44,414 nt of DNA from Bacteroidales bacterium (GCA_003162595.1 PMNJ01000345.1:1-44414); one strand, 5' to 3'; shown: positions 24,372 to 33,633, counted from the stretch's first letter. Notes: generated by a model from the letters alone, not told the origin. Numbers and translations: made by a program.

Positions 24372-26156
24372 CTAATTCCATCCCGGGTTTTGAACAAGCT
24401 TTGTATTAAGCGTAAGCTGATCTAATGGAAGTGGATAAAGATACAGCTTTTCATCCCATGTGCGCGATGCAACTGTATATGGCTGCAGCAGTTTTTTTGT
24501 TTTACCGTCCCAGTCAGTTATGGTCAACAGTGGTCTTCCGGAAAACTGATCTAATCCATTATTGTAATATTTATACCTAGCTATAACACCAGAATCGACC
24601 ACAAGGCCTACCATTGTTTTAGGATTCTCAATGAGTTTACCGGCATGCCAACGAACAATATCATCCCAGCGAAAACCTTCAAAAGCAAGCTCTATCCTGC
24701 GCTCACGCCTTAATTCATATATAAGAGGGGATACAACATATCCGTACCGTGGCTGGCCATTTATAAGCGCATTCGGATCGGTTGGGGGATTTAGTGTTAA
24801 ACGACCCATTGTAAAATTTCCGGGTTCATCCAGTCTGGCACGAAGCAAATTAATGGAATTGTCCAGATCGCCCTGTGTAATGGTGCCCAGTTCAGCTTTT
24901 GCCTCAGCAAATGTTAACAGAACTTCGGCATACCTGAAAATAAACCAGTCATCAGTTGTCGCATTAGCATCATTCTCTTTTACTATAGGATCTCTGAATT
25001 TAGCCATAAGATATCCTGTCGGACATATACTCCCAGTAACCGGAGTCACTGGGTACGTAACAAGATCAGCTCCGTTCATAAACATTGGCAGGAATTTATT
25101 ATCAATCATGTTCCTTAATCGGGGATCCCTATGAGCCATTTCCATCCACACAGAGTCATCGCCAAGATATAACGGGCTAAGTGAAATTGGCAAACCATCT
25201 GTGCAAAGGAATGACTCGATGAAATCTTTGGTTACCCCATATCCTGCTCCAAATCCACTTCCTGATTCTCTGTTTGTTACAATACCAAGTATATAAATGC
25301 GGGGAAGCACACACTCAGGATTGGATGTCAAATCTTCCTGTATAAATTGTTGCTTATAATACAAGGGATAACCCTGAAAGGAATAAGGACCAGTTCCTTT
25401 CACAATATTATAACCTCCGTTAGTCATTATGTCTTGAGCAGCAGAAACTGCTAATGTCAAATAAGGTTCCCATCCGCTGATATTTCTATATTTCAGATAG
25501 GTTCCCTCGTAAAGACAAACACGCGCCAACATCTGCAATGCGGCATAATGGTGCAATCTTCCAAGATCTACCTTTGCAGGGATATGAAGATGTGAAACGG
25601 CAAATTGAAGATCGGTAATAATACTATCTACCACCGTCTTCATTGGAGTACGGGCAGCGAATAAAATAGAATTGTCCGTTACATTAAGATTTTTGTCTAT
25701 CCAGGGAACATCTCCGAAGGTTTTAACTTTATTGAAATATTCATTAGCCCTGAAGAACCTGATTTCTCCGATATATTGATTAATATCTGCCGTATCACCA
25801 ACAACCGTCTTATAATGACTTAAAGCGTAATTCAGATTTCTGATATTTGACCAGTCGGTGTAACTCCAGCCGCCACCAGATGGAGGCACTGCCATTGCAT
25901 CAAAAAGAAGTGGATCTGGTGTACTTGCGAGAAGGTTATCGCTGGGAGAGTCGTAAAAAACCTGGTATGTGGAATTAGCAGCTGGCCCTGGAAGAGTGGT
26001 ATAAAAACCGTTAGCAAACAACTTCATATCAGCTGGAGTTTTCCAGAAGTTTAAATCGGTAATTGAATCCTGAGGAATAGTATCGAGTACTTTTTTACAA
26101 GAAGAAATAGCGACTAGTATTCCTGCTATAATAATTATATAATGTTTAATTTTCAT
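24372..26156 (-). CDS. susD: SusD/RagB-family nutrient-binding outer-membrane lipoprotein
   Basis: 594 aa with a lipoprotein signal, MKIKHYIIIIAGILVAISSCKK. It lies directly downstream of susC (20-nt gap). The C-terminal ...RRERRIELAFEGFRWDDIVRW... block is typical of SusD-like proteins. Confidence 0.9.
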   Translation of the reverse strand: MKIKHYIIIIAGILVAISSCKKVLDTIPQDSITDLNFWKTPADMKLFANGFYTTLPGPAANSTYQVFYDSPSDNLLASTPDPLLFDAMAVPPSGGGWSYTDWSNIRNLNYALSHYKTVVGDTADINQYIGEIRFFRANEYFNKVKTFGDVPWIDKNLNVTDNSILFAARTPMKTVVDSIITDLQFAVSHLHIPAKVDLGRLHHYAALQMLARVCLYEGTYLKYRNISGWEPYLTLAVSAAQDIMTNGGYNIVKGTGPYSFQGYPLYYKQQFIQEDLTSNPECVLPRIYILGIVTNRESGSGFGAGYGVTKDFIESFLCTDGLPISLSPLYLGDDSVWMEMAHRDPRLRNMIDNKFLPMFMNGADLVTYPVTPVTGSICPTGYLMAKFRDPIVKENDANATTDDWFIFRYAEVLLTFAEAKAELGTITQGDLDNSINLLRARLDEPGNFTMGRLTLNPPTDPNALINGQPRYGYVVSPLIYELRRERRIELAFEGFRWDDIVRWHAGKLIENPKTMVGLVVDSGVIARYKYYNNGLDQFSGRPLLTITDWDGKTKKLLQPYTVASRTWDEKLYLYPLPLDQLTLNTKLVQNPGWN

Positions 26157-26176
26157 CTTATTATGATTTTAATAAT

Positions 26177-29100
26177 TTAAAATGTAACGCTAATACCAAA
26201 ATCGTACGATGAAGGTATCGGATATGAATTGGATGAATTGGCTTCAGGATCATAAAGTTGAGTGAGTTTGGTAAAAGTCAGAACGTTCTGCATTGTAAAA
26301 TAAACCCTTAAGTTACTTATTGATACCTTTTTTACTATTTCTTCCGGTATTGTATACCCTAGGGTTAACTGCTTAAGTCTCATATAAGCTCCATTCTGAA
26401 GATACCTTCCACAAATCTGTCTGTTTCCATGTCCTCCATCGCCCCATCCACTTAGATAATTATTGGGGAAATAAGCATTCGGATTTTGAGTTGTCCAGTA
26501 GTCCATGGCATATTTCGAAGGAGCAAATCCAGAAGTCCCATTAGTTCCAAAAAAGCGATCCTGATCAGCCCAGTCTAGATTAGGCCAAATATCTCTTTTC
26601 CCTACGCCCTGTAGAAATAAACTTAGATCAATTCCTTTCCATGCACCATTCATTGTCACACCGTACAGATATCTGGGTGTACTGTTACCGATAATATGCT
26701 GGTCCCCCGGATTGGATAGTGTATTGTTTCCAAATGTAATTTTGCCATCACCGTTCCTGTCGACATATTTTACATCACCAGGATTCCATGTTCCCGCATA
26801 TAACTGAGATTGGTCAGGCGAGGAAGCTATTTGAGCACTAGATTGAAACAATCCGGCTGCGTCAAATCCCCATATATCTCCAATTTTTTCACCTGCATAA
26901 TAACTGCTCAACAGACCGCTAGGATTCGAATACTTTGTAATTTCAGATTGAGCATCAGATAAGTTGGCCGAGATACTATAGGAAAAATCTCCGATGTGGT
27001 CCTTCCATGTAACATCAAAGTCCCAACCATAGGTTTTCAAATTGGCAGCATTTTGATTGGGAACTGCTGCACCAAGCACCGCTGGAAGAGTTTCTCCTGG
27101 CGTAAGCATTCCTATTGTGGCTCTATTGTAGTAGTCATAGCTTACTGATAATTTATCCTTAAAGAAGCCTAAATCAAAGCCTATATCCCATTGATTTACT
27201 TTTTCCCAAGTTAAAGAAGGGCTGACCAGACTGCCTGCCTGCATGGTGACGGGCGTAGCTCCTCCAAGTATGTATGAGGCTATATTGCCTGCTGCTCCCG
27301 GACTTGTAGGGGCAGTAGTAATAATATAGGAAGAAACATAAGGGAAGTTCCCTGGAACATTCTGGTTACCTAAAGATCCGTATGAGCCCCTGATTTTGAG
27401 AACATCGACGTAAGATTTCAGATTATCCCAGAAAGCTTCTTTCGATATAAGCCAGCCTCCTGATACTGAAGGAAAGAAAGCGTACCTGTCATTTGTCGGA
27501 AATTTCGAAGAACCATCATATCTTCCATTAAGTTCTAATAGATATTTACCGTCATAATCATAATTAAATCTGAAGAACTCTCCCTGAACCGCCCAGAGTG
27601 TATTACTTCCATTGACAGTCGCTATCCCTGTTGCCGCGTTTATAGCTGGAAGATCATTATCAATCAGGTTTAATCTTTGCGCACTAAAGAACTGTGTGCT
27701 TTGGGTTTCCTGGTTATATCCTACCAGAATTTTAAAATTATTTTTTGAAAAGCTCTTTGAATAATCCGCATATATATTTACTGCATTGTAGAAACGAAGA
27801 GTATTATCATCTGTAATGGAATTTGGATTTGTCCAGGGATAAAGAGCTGTTGTTCCATCTGCTCTTGGTTCATAATACTCACGAATATAAAGGTCATGAT
27901 TTTGATTATACGGATTAAAGGTATAATCTGCATTAATATTTAAGTCTTTTATAGGGCGGATTGTAATAGTACCTGTCAAAAACAAATCATTGGTCTTAGT
28001 ATGATCCCAACCACCTTCTGCAGCATTAGAAAATGGATTAGTAAAATGTCCTTCTCCAGACCATGAACCGTCAGGAAGTTTTATAGGAATCAGGGGGGAG
28101 ATGTCCCAATTTTCGTATCCCATTGAGGTATTTTGTGAAGGATGATCCTGATAACCATTTGAATATTTTGTTCTTCCTGAAACCGTCAACCAATTAGATA
28201 AATCAGAGGTGACATTAATACTTATGTTATGCCTGTTATATAAATCATTATATGGAGTCAAATTTCCGGTCTGGCCCATTAAACCATAGGAAACATAGTA
28301 TTGGGTCTTCGCCGAACCTCCAGACAGACTGATATTTAATTGTTTCACTGCACCATTTTTATAAAGTGCATCAGCCCAATTAGTATTAGCACAGTAATTA
28401 TATACTCCGGTAAGATCAATTGAGGGATCATAGAAAACATCCGAATTATGAGCAGGATCATTATAATAAGCTAGAATATGCTGCGTAGTTCTTTGATCAA
28501 ACTGTAATACTCCAGTTGTATTCATACTGGCTTGATTAACAAAATCAAGATACTGCTTGCTATCAGCCATTTGTGGAACATTGGTCGGATGTTGGATAGA
28601 ATAAGAGCTTGAAATCGTTAAAGTCGATTTCTGATCTTTTTTACCTTTTTTTGTAGTAATAAGTATCACACCGTAAGCAGCTCTTGCTCCATAAATTGCA
28701 GCCGATGAAGCATCCTTCAGTACTGTGACGCTTTCAATATCCTTAGGATTCAGTGTATTTGGATCTGCTACAACGCCATCTATCAGGACGAGAGGGCTGC
28801 CCCCATTTATAGATGTATAACCCCGGATATTGAATGCTGCTCCGGATCCTGGTGAATAACTGCTCTGAGATACCTGTAGGTTTGAAATAGTACCCTCAAG
28901 GCCTTGTCCTAGATTGACGAGCGGACGACTTTCTAAAACCGTAGAATTTACCTGAGCTACTGCGCCTGTAAGATCTGCTTTTTTCTCTGTTCCGTAGCCA
29001 ACTACGACCACTTCATTAAGTCCGACAGCCGCTTCTGCCATTATTACATCTACTTTTGTTCTGCCATTTAAGGGAATTTCCTGTGTGGCCATTCCTATAA

Positions 29101-29653
29101 AAGAGAATATTAACGTAGCGTCCTGAGGAACATCATTTAAAATGTATTTACCTGACGCGTCAGTAAGAATTCCGTTAGTGGTTCCTTTGATAAGAATGGT
29201 AACACCCGCCAACTTGTTCCCTGATTCATCGGTAATGGTTCCCGTAATTTGTTTTTGTTGATATTCTGAAAGTATTTCAGATTGGTCATCTGAGGTGAGA
29301 ACAACCTGACGGTCAAAAACAGCAAACTTAACTTTCTTATCAAACAGATTGCTTAAAATGTCTTTGATTGTTTCGTTCTCCGCATCAATATTTACTTTCC
29401 TTTCAACATCGATTAGTTTAGGACTGTAAAGAAAATAGAACTCACTCTGATTTTCAATCTCCTTCAGTGCATCTGAGATTTTAACATCTTCAAGCTTTAG
29501 GGTTAGCTTAGTCATCTGAGAATATGTTTCAGTTGCCCAGAGCTGAGAAATTGTCAGGATAGATAATAGTAGGGTTAGTTTCATGACATTGATTGTTTTT
29601 TTTGAAAAGAATCCAGAAAGGTTCCTTTCACAATAATCTCGAAATTTTTTCAT
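26177..29653 (-). CDS. susC: SusC/RagA-family TonB-dependent transporter with an N-terminal STN signalling domain (transducer type)
   Basis: Domains in order: an STN-like segment (LKLEDVKISDALKEIENQSEFYFLYSP...FAVFDRQVVLT); a carboxypeptidase-D-regulatory-like domain (ITGTITDESGNKLAGVTILIKGT); a plug (VVVVGYGTEKKADLTGAV); and a C-terminal ...SYDFGISVTF ending in an aromatic residue. I chose the ATG at 29653; the ATG at 29584 is also possible, and the track start at 29731 is probably an over-extension. Confidence 0.9.
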   Translation of the reverse strand: MKKFRDYCERNLSGFFSKKTINVMKLTLLLSILTISQLWATETYSQMTKLTLKLEDVKISDALKEIENQSEFYFLYSPKLIDVERKVNIDAENETIKDILSNLFDKKVKFAVFDRQVVLTSDDQSEILSEYQQKQITGTITDESGNKLAGVTILIKGTTNGILTDASGKYILNDVPQDATLIFSFIGMATQEIPLNGRTKVDVIMAEAAVGLNEVVVVGYGTEKKADLTGAVAQVNSTVLESRPLVNLGQGLEGTISNLQVSQSSYSPGSGAAFNIRGYTSINGGSPLVLIDGVVADPNTLNPKDIESVTVLKDASSAAIYGARAAYGVILITTKKGKKDQKSTLTISSSYSIQHPTNVPQMADSKQYLDFVNQASMNTTGVLQFDQRTTQHILAYYNDPAHNSDVFYDPSIDLTGVYNYCANTNWADALYKNGAVKQLNISLSGGSAKTQYYVSYGLMGQTGNLTPYNDLYNRHNISINVTSDLSNWLTVSGRTKYSNGYQDHPSQNTSMGYENWDISPLIPIKLPDGSWSGEGHFTNPFSNAAEGGWDHTKTNDLFLTGTITIRPIKDLNINADYTFNPYNQNHDLYIREYYEPRADGTTALYPWTNPNSITDDNTLRFYNAVNIYADYSKSFSKNNFKILVGYNQETQSTQFFSAQRLNLIDNDLPAINAATGIATVNGSNTLWAVQGEFFRFNYDYDGKYLLELNGRYDGSSKFPTNDRYAFFPSVSGGWLISKEAFWDNLKSYVDVLKIRGSYGSLGNQNVPGNFPYVSSYIITTAPTSPGAAGNIASYILGGATPVTMQAGSLVSPSLTWEKVNQWDIGFDLGFFKDKLSVSYDYYNRATIGMLTPGETLPAVLGAAVPNQNAANLKTYGWDFDVTWKDHIGDFSYSISANLSDAQSEITKYSNPSGLLSSYYAGEKIGDIWGFDAAGLFQSSAQIASSPDQSQLYAGTWNPGDVKYVDRNGDGKITFGNNTLSNPGDQHIIGNSTPRYLYGVTMNGAWKGIDLSLFLQGVGKRDIWPNLDWADQDRFFGTNGTSGFAPSKYAMDYWTTQNPNAYFPNNYLSGWGDGGHGNRQICGRYLQNGAYMRLKQLTLGYTIPEEIVKKVSISNLRVYFTMQNVLTFTKLTQLYDPEANSSNSYPIPSSYDFGISVTF

Positions 29654-29803
29654 AGATTTGAATGGATTAAGTTTACTTAAGTTTTTTAACAGAAATCTAG
29701 TTCTTAGTCTGGCGGGATTGTGTGGTAGCACTATCCCGCTTTTTTCATAATTAGCTTTGTTTCATAAGCATATCATTTTATTGGTTAGGATCATGTTCGT
29801 ATT

Positions 29804-30892
29804 CTATTTGTTCTTGTAACTCAGGATGATTTTTCTCTTGGAAAAGGTTCCCGAACTTATTTCTTTCCTATTTGAAATAGAATATTTCACCGGGGACACA
29901 AGGGCAATAAGCTCCATTACCTGAGGTAGTGTTTCATGAACAAACGTAGCGGTATAGTTAAGATCAAGTAATTCGGGATCTTTTATCTGAATATCAACAT
30001 TAAACCATCTGCTTAGTTTTTTAACAACTTCTCCAATTGGTTCCTTATTAAATACAAGTTTCCCGTCTTTCCACGAAAAATACCTGTCATCATTGATAGT
30101 TCTGGTACTGATTTCGTTATTACTGATATGAAAAACAGCCAATTCAGTCGGTGTCATTCTTGACAGAGTGATTATCTTCCCATCTGGCTGAGTTTGTTGT
30201 AACTCAACGTAACCTTCTATAAGTGAAGTTTCTATTCTGTCTTCGTCAGGATAAGACATTATATTAAATGTAGTCCCAACAGCTTTAATCTGAATTTTTC
30301 CCGTTTTTACGATAAAAGGGATTTTTGGATTATGAGCTACTTTAAAATATCCTTCTCCGGTAAGCTCAACTGTCCGGATATCTCCATGAAAGATTGCCGG
30401 ATATTTTAATGAACTGCTATGGTTCAGCCAGACTATTGAACTATCAGGCAAAACAACTTTAGTAATCGCATCTGCAGAAGAAAAGACCTCATTATATGCC
30501 TGAGTTATAAAAATCTGATTATGCCTGGTTGTCCGGTATTTAGAAGAGATGTACAAACCATATGTCAAAACCGGAATCATAAGTATTGCTGCAGCCTTTG
30601 TAAGAATATTTAAAAAATGCTTTCTCCTGTTATACTTTATTAAATTCTGATCAGCTTTCTCAATAAGCTTTTTCGATTGGCCCAGATTGACTTTGTGGTG
30701 AATTTTGTCCAGAATAAAATCAAAATCTGTTTGTGGGTTACTCTCCTCATCAGACAATTCTTCCCATATACTCAATAAAAGAGCTTTGCTTTCAGAGATA
30801 CAGGCAGAGCTATTAAACCATTCTAAAACCGATTTCAACTCTTCTTCTGAGCATGTATTATTACAATAATTTTCCAATAATTTTTTATCCAT
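29804..30892 (-). CDS. FecR-family anti-sigma factor (single-pass membrane sensor)
   Basis: 362 aa. It has an N-terminal cytoplasmic segment (MDKKLLENYCNNTCSEEELKSVLEWF), one TM helix (ILTKAAAILMIPVLTYGLYI), then FecR and C-terminal domains (VVLPDSSIVWLNHSSSLKY...GEGYFKVAHNPKIPFIV). It sits between the ECF sigma gene and the STN-SusC gene. Confidence 0.9.
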   Translation of the reverse strand: MDKKLLENYCNNTCSEEELKSVLEWFNSSACISESKALLLSIWEELSDEESNPQTDFDFILDKIHHKVNLGQSKKLIEKADQNLIKYNRRKHFLNILTKAAAILMIPVLTYGLYISSKYRTTRHNQIFITQAYNEVFSSADAITKVVLPDSSIVWLNHSSSLKYPAIFHGDIRTVELTGEGYFKVAHNPKIPFIVKTGKIQIKAVGTTFNIMSYPDEDRIETSLIEGYVELQQTQPDGKIITLSRMTPTELAVFHISNNEISTRTINDDRYFSWKDGKLVFNKEPIGEVVKKLSRWFNVDIQIKDPELLDLNYTATFVHETLPQVMELIALVSPVKYSISNRKEISSGTFSKRKIILSYKNK

Positions 30893-30915
30893 TTCTTAAA
30901 AATATTTTAGGCAAA

Positions 30916-30946
30916 AAGCACTTCCGGTCCTATACCGGAAGCGCTT
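30916..30946 (-). promoter_or_regulatory. Stable hairpin with a U-rich tail in the sigma/anti-sigma spacer (candidate attenuator or terminator)
   Basis: The minus-strand RNA reads AAGCGCUUCCGGU-AUAGG-ACCGGAAGUGCUU followed by UUUGCC. The stem is 13 bp including one G-U pair, which would be an A-C mismatch on the opposite strand. It lies 24-54 nt upstream of the fecR-like ATG (30892). Confidence 0.35.
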
Positions 30947-31134
30947 CATTACCCTTAACTAACCTGACAACTAACCAAACATAATCCCAAAAACCCAATC
31001 TGTATCCGTATAAAAGTAGTATTGACTTCAACTGATTAGCCGGGCTTTTCAATAGTAAGACGTAGTAAAAGGTAATAACCACTACCTGGAAAATAAATTT
31101 ATATAAATTAATTTTATTACTTTGAATATCAATA

Positions 31135-31722
31135 CTATACAAAAAGATGCAAAAAGAGTATTGCAATGAGAGAATAATTGCCCAGTTTTTTACGGATAGT
31201 TTTTAGTGCCCGAGACATATGGTTTTCAATAGTATTTACAGAAATATCTAAGAGTACTGCAATTTCGCTATATTTCAGGGCTTCAACCTTATGCAGCAGA
31301 TAAACCTCTTTTTGGCGCTGAGGTAATGCGTATACAATTTCATTTATTTTATTTGTCAACTCAGTATATTCAAGTTCCATATTGACAGGCTTCTCGTAGA
31401 TTATTTGCAGAGACTTCAAATATTCAACAAACTTAGATTCCATCGCTTTTTTACGGAGAATGGAAATAGCTGAATTATAAGTTATAGCGAATATATAGGA
31501 TTTAATTGATGAGTCCTTCTCAACTTTATGTCGATTTTCCCACAAATTAAGAAAAACATCCTGAACAAGGTTCTCTGTCTCTTCATGTGATTTAAGAAGA
31601 GAATAACCAAACTTATAGAGCTTTTTACTATACTTTTTATATATAAGATCAAAAGCAAACATATTGTCAGCCTTGATTTCCCGCATTAATTCTTCATCAC
31701 TATATAAAATAAGTTCTTTCAT
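31135..31722 (-). CDS. ECF-type RNA polymerase sigma-70 factor (Bacteroides PUL-associated type)
   Basis: 195 aa. Region 2: FDLIYKKYSKKLYKFGYSLLKSHEETENLVQDVFLNLW. Region 4 HTH: RQKEVYLLHKVEALKYSEIAVLLDISVNTIENHMSRALKTIRKKL. It lies directly upstream of the FecR-like gene. Confidence 0.9.
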   Translation of the reverse strand: MKELILYSDEELMREIKADNMFAFDLIYKKYSKKLYKFGYSLLKSHEETENLVQDVFLNLWENRHKVEKDSSIKSYIFAITYNSAISILRKKAMESKFVEYLKSLQIIYEKPVNMELEYTELTNKINEIVYALPQRQKEVYLLHKVEALKYSEIAVLLDISVNTIENHMSRALKTIRKKLGNYSLIAILFLHLFV

Positions 31723-31777
31723 ATAAGGTGACTTAAAATATCAATGTAAAATAATTAACTTATTTCGCTTCGGTTAT

Positions 31778-31785
31778 CAAAAATA
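31778..31785 (-). promoter_or_regulatory. Candidate Bacteroidota -7 promoter box (TAnnTTTG) for the sigma factor gene
   Basis: The minus strand reads TATTTTTG, an exact match to the TAnnTTTG consensus, 56-63 nt upstream of the ATG at 31722. A TTTG lies 12 nt further upstream, which is shorter than the usual -33 spacing. Confidence 0.3.
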
Positions 31786-32100
31786 CAACTCTTTATTCAA
31801 ATCCAAATATAATATACTAAGCGCTTTAAGATTAAATTTTGATAAATTACATGCTAACAGTGGCTCCTTTTTTCTTGCATTATCTTGCATCTATCTGAAT
31901 TTTGCCATTCGGATATTTTTTTGCAATCATTATAATCCCAAGCTAATAAATTTTTGTTACATATGGAAAATATAAATGATTCAAAAAAGTGATGAAATCT
32001 CTTCTTATTTAATATACCTTCGAATAAAAACCATTCTTTTAGGTAAGGGCTTAATTTCCTTCAGCATATGTCGTATATTCGTGCCTTTATCAGTAAAAAA

Positions 32101-32220
32101 TAATTTTTAAATTTTAATATTTACTTACACGGTAACTTTCGCGATTACTTTAAAGCATAAAAGTAATATTATTCTTACTATAACAAATTCTTTTAAGAAA
32201 TAATTTGATTTTTCAAAGAA
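32101..32220. repeat. Intergenic repeat family, copy D (orphan copy of the region that precedes the gme-like gene)
   Basis: 32101-32160 versus 1491-1550: 57/60 identical. Collinear weaker similarity continues through CAAATTCTTTTAA (32184-32196), and TAATTTGATTTTTCAAAGAA (32201-32220) versus GAATTTGACTTTTCTGAGAA (1601-1620) is 16/20 identical. It abuts the isomerase stop codon at 32221. Confidence 0.8.
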
Positions 32221-33633
32221 CTAGCAAACGCGTACAAACGGAATACCAAGTATGCAAGACAGTTTATTCAGCTTATTGGCGATGTGGCCCACGCCGATGG
32301 CACAATGATGAGCCGGTCCTTGTTTTGACCAACAGTTCACGAAATCTTTTGCACCGATTGAAAATCTGTATCGGCTGTTCGTATTCCCAATTTCGAGCAC
32401 AGGTCCAGGTACCGATTCACCTTCGGCAACAAGTAGAAATAAACCCTCTTTATTCTCTACCACAGAAAGCAGTGTGACCGGTCCATGCTTAACAGTCATC
32501 TGAATGGACAATCCTTTGCCTGGTTTTCCATGAAAGACAGGAAGCGGAACCAGTTTTACCTGTCCTTCGGCAATGGCAAAGTGAGCCGGGCCATCATGTC
32601 CCAGAATAATTACATCATCTTTAAAATCCATCAGGTAAAATTCGGAAAATGATCCACCGGCTCCAAATTCGGCTAAGATTTTCATTGCTTGCGCATTTTT
32701 TACTTCACATTCGCCAGCTACGGGAATGTTTTTTCCTGTCAGTAGTGTATTTCCGGCAATGACTGATGTAGCGATGTTTTCATAATCGTTACCCGACACG
32801 CCTTCGTAGTAATAAGCCATCGAGCCAAGATTATGGGCCTCTATAATTTTGTCAAGCGAAACGGATGTCTGAGCTGCGCGAACAATTTCATCCTTCCCGC
32901 ATTCCGGAACTACCTCAAATACGGTTTGAAACTCATTGATCTTGGCATCTATTTCTGCACTTGAAACTTCGTCCCGGTATTTCTTAAGTTCGCACATTTC
33001 AAGTAGTTCAATATGGGTCCCGAATATGACAGATTGTTTGGTGAGGTCGGTATAAACATCCAACATTCCACAGTAATAATGCCCTAAAACTCCGAGACGG
33101 TTTTTGCGCATGGCAACAGCTACCCTGGCAGCTTCAGTCCATGCCTGAATTTCATGCCAGGCATCATTATCTTGCAGATAGCCAGTTACTAAATCGTACT
33201 GGATTTCCGAGCGGTTGAATACACTGGCTATTTCGGGAACCGAGCAGGCCTGGCAATGCTCGAGCCATACTCCGGTCATTTTCCCACGATCACCCAACTT
33301 GTTGAAGCTTTTATAGTCGAGCTGGGCAACCGGTTGCATGTTGAGAATAATCACAGGTACTTTCACTTTCGCTGCCACAGCCAAAACAGTGGATGAAAGG
33401 GCATATGTGGATACATATAGAAAGAGTATTTCCACATCGCTGCTCTTTAATAATAATGCAGCATCCTGTGCTTTCATGGGATTGTCTACCATGCCAGCAT
33501 CTATTACTTCAACGCCATAACCGGCAATCCTGTTTTTAATCTGTTCCTGATATGCTTTCAGTTTGTCATATAGTCCTTTGAATTGTCCCCAGTATGTATC
33601 CAGTCCAATTCCAAATAAACCCACTTTTGTCAT
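32221..33633 (-). CDS. L-arabinose/L-fucose isomerase superfamily protein (AraA-like aldose-ketose isomerase, specificity unknown)
   Basis: The N-terminus, MTKVGLFGIGLDTYWGQF..., has an AraA-like fold pattern. Also present are VAGECEVKNAQAMKIL (compare AraA GEGDWKTAALLRI), ILGHDGPAH (compare GSHMLE) and a C-terminal GPAHHCAI (compare GGAHHTV). I trimmed the start to the ATG at 33633. Confidence 0.75.
   Translation of the reverse strand: MTKVGLFGIGLDTYWGQFKGLYDKLKAYQEQIKNRIAGYGVEVIDAGMVDNPMKAQDAALLLKSSDVEILFLYVSTYALSSTVLAVAAKVKVPVIILNMQPVAQLDYKSFNKLGDRGKMTGVWLEHCQACSVPEIASVFNRSEIQYDLVTGYLQDNDAWHEIQAWTEAARVAVAMRKNRLGVLGHYYCGMLDVYTDLTKQSVIFGTHIELLEMCELKKYRDEVSSAEIDAKINEFQTVFEVVPECGKDEIVRAAQTSVSLDKIIEAHNLGSMAYYYEGVSGNDYENIATSVIAGNTLLTGKNIPVAGECEVKNAQAMKILAEFGAGGSFSEFYLMDFKDDVIILGHDGPAHFAIAEGQVKLVPLPVFHGKPGKGLSIQMTVKHGPVTLLSVVENKEGLFLLVAEGESVPGPVLEIGNTNSRYRFSIGAKDFVNCWSKQGPAHHCAIGVGHIANKLNKLSCILGIPFVRVC

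Noticed and set aside
24631-25134. 167-aa plus-strand ORF inside the susD region
   Set aside because: It lies entirely antisense to a well-supported SusD gene. The translation is Ser/Arg/Pro-rich with no recognisable motif, as expected for the reverse frame of a coding region.
30930-31166. 78-aa hydrophobic ORF in the sigma/anti-sigma spacer
   Set aside because: It overlaps the 3' end of the sigma gene. The composition is what AT-rich spacer DNA gives when translated (F/I/L/Y/K-rich), with no motif. I treated the region as non-coding with a hairpin instead.
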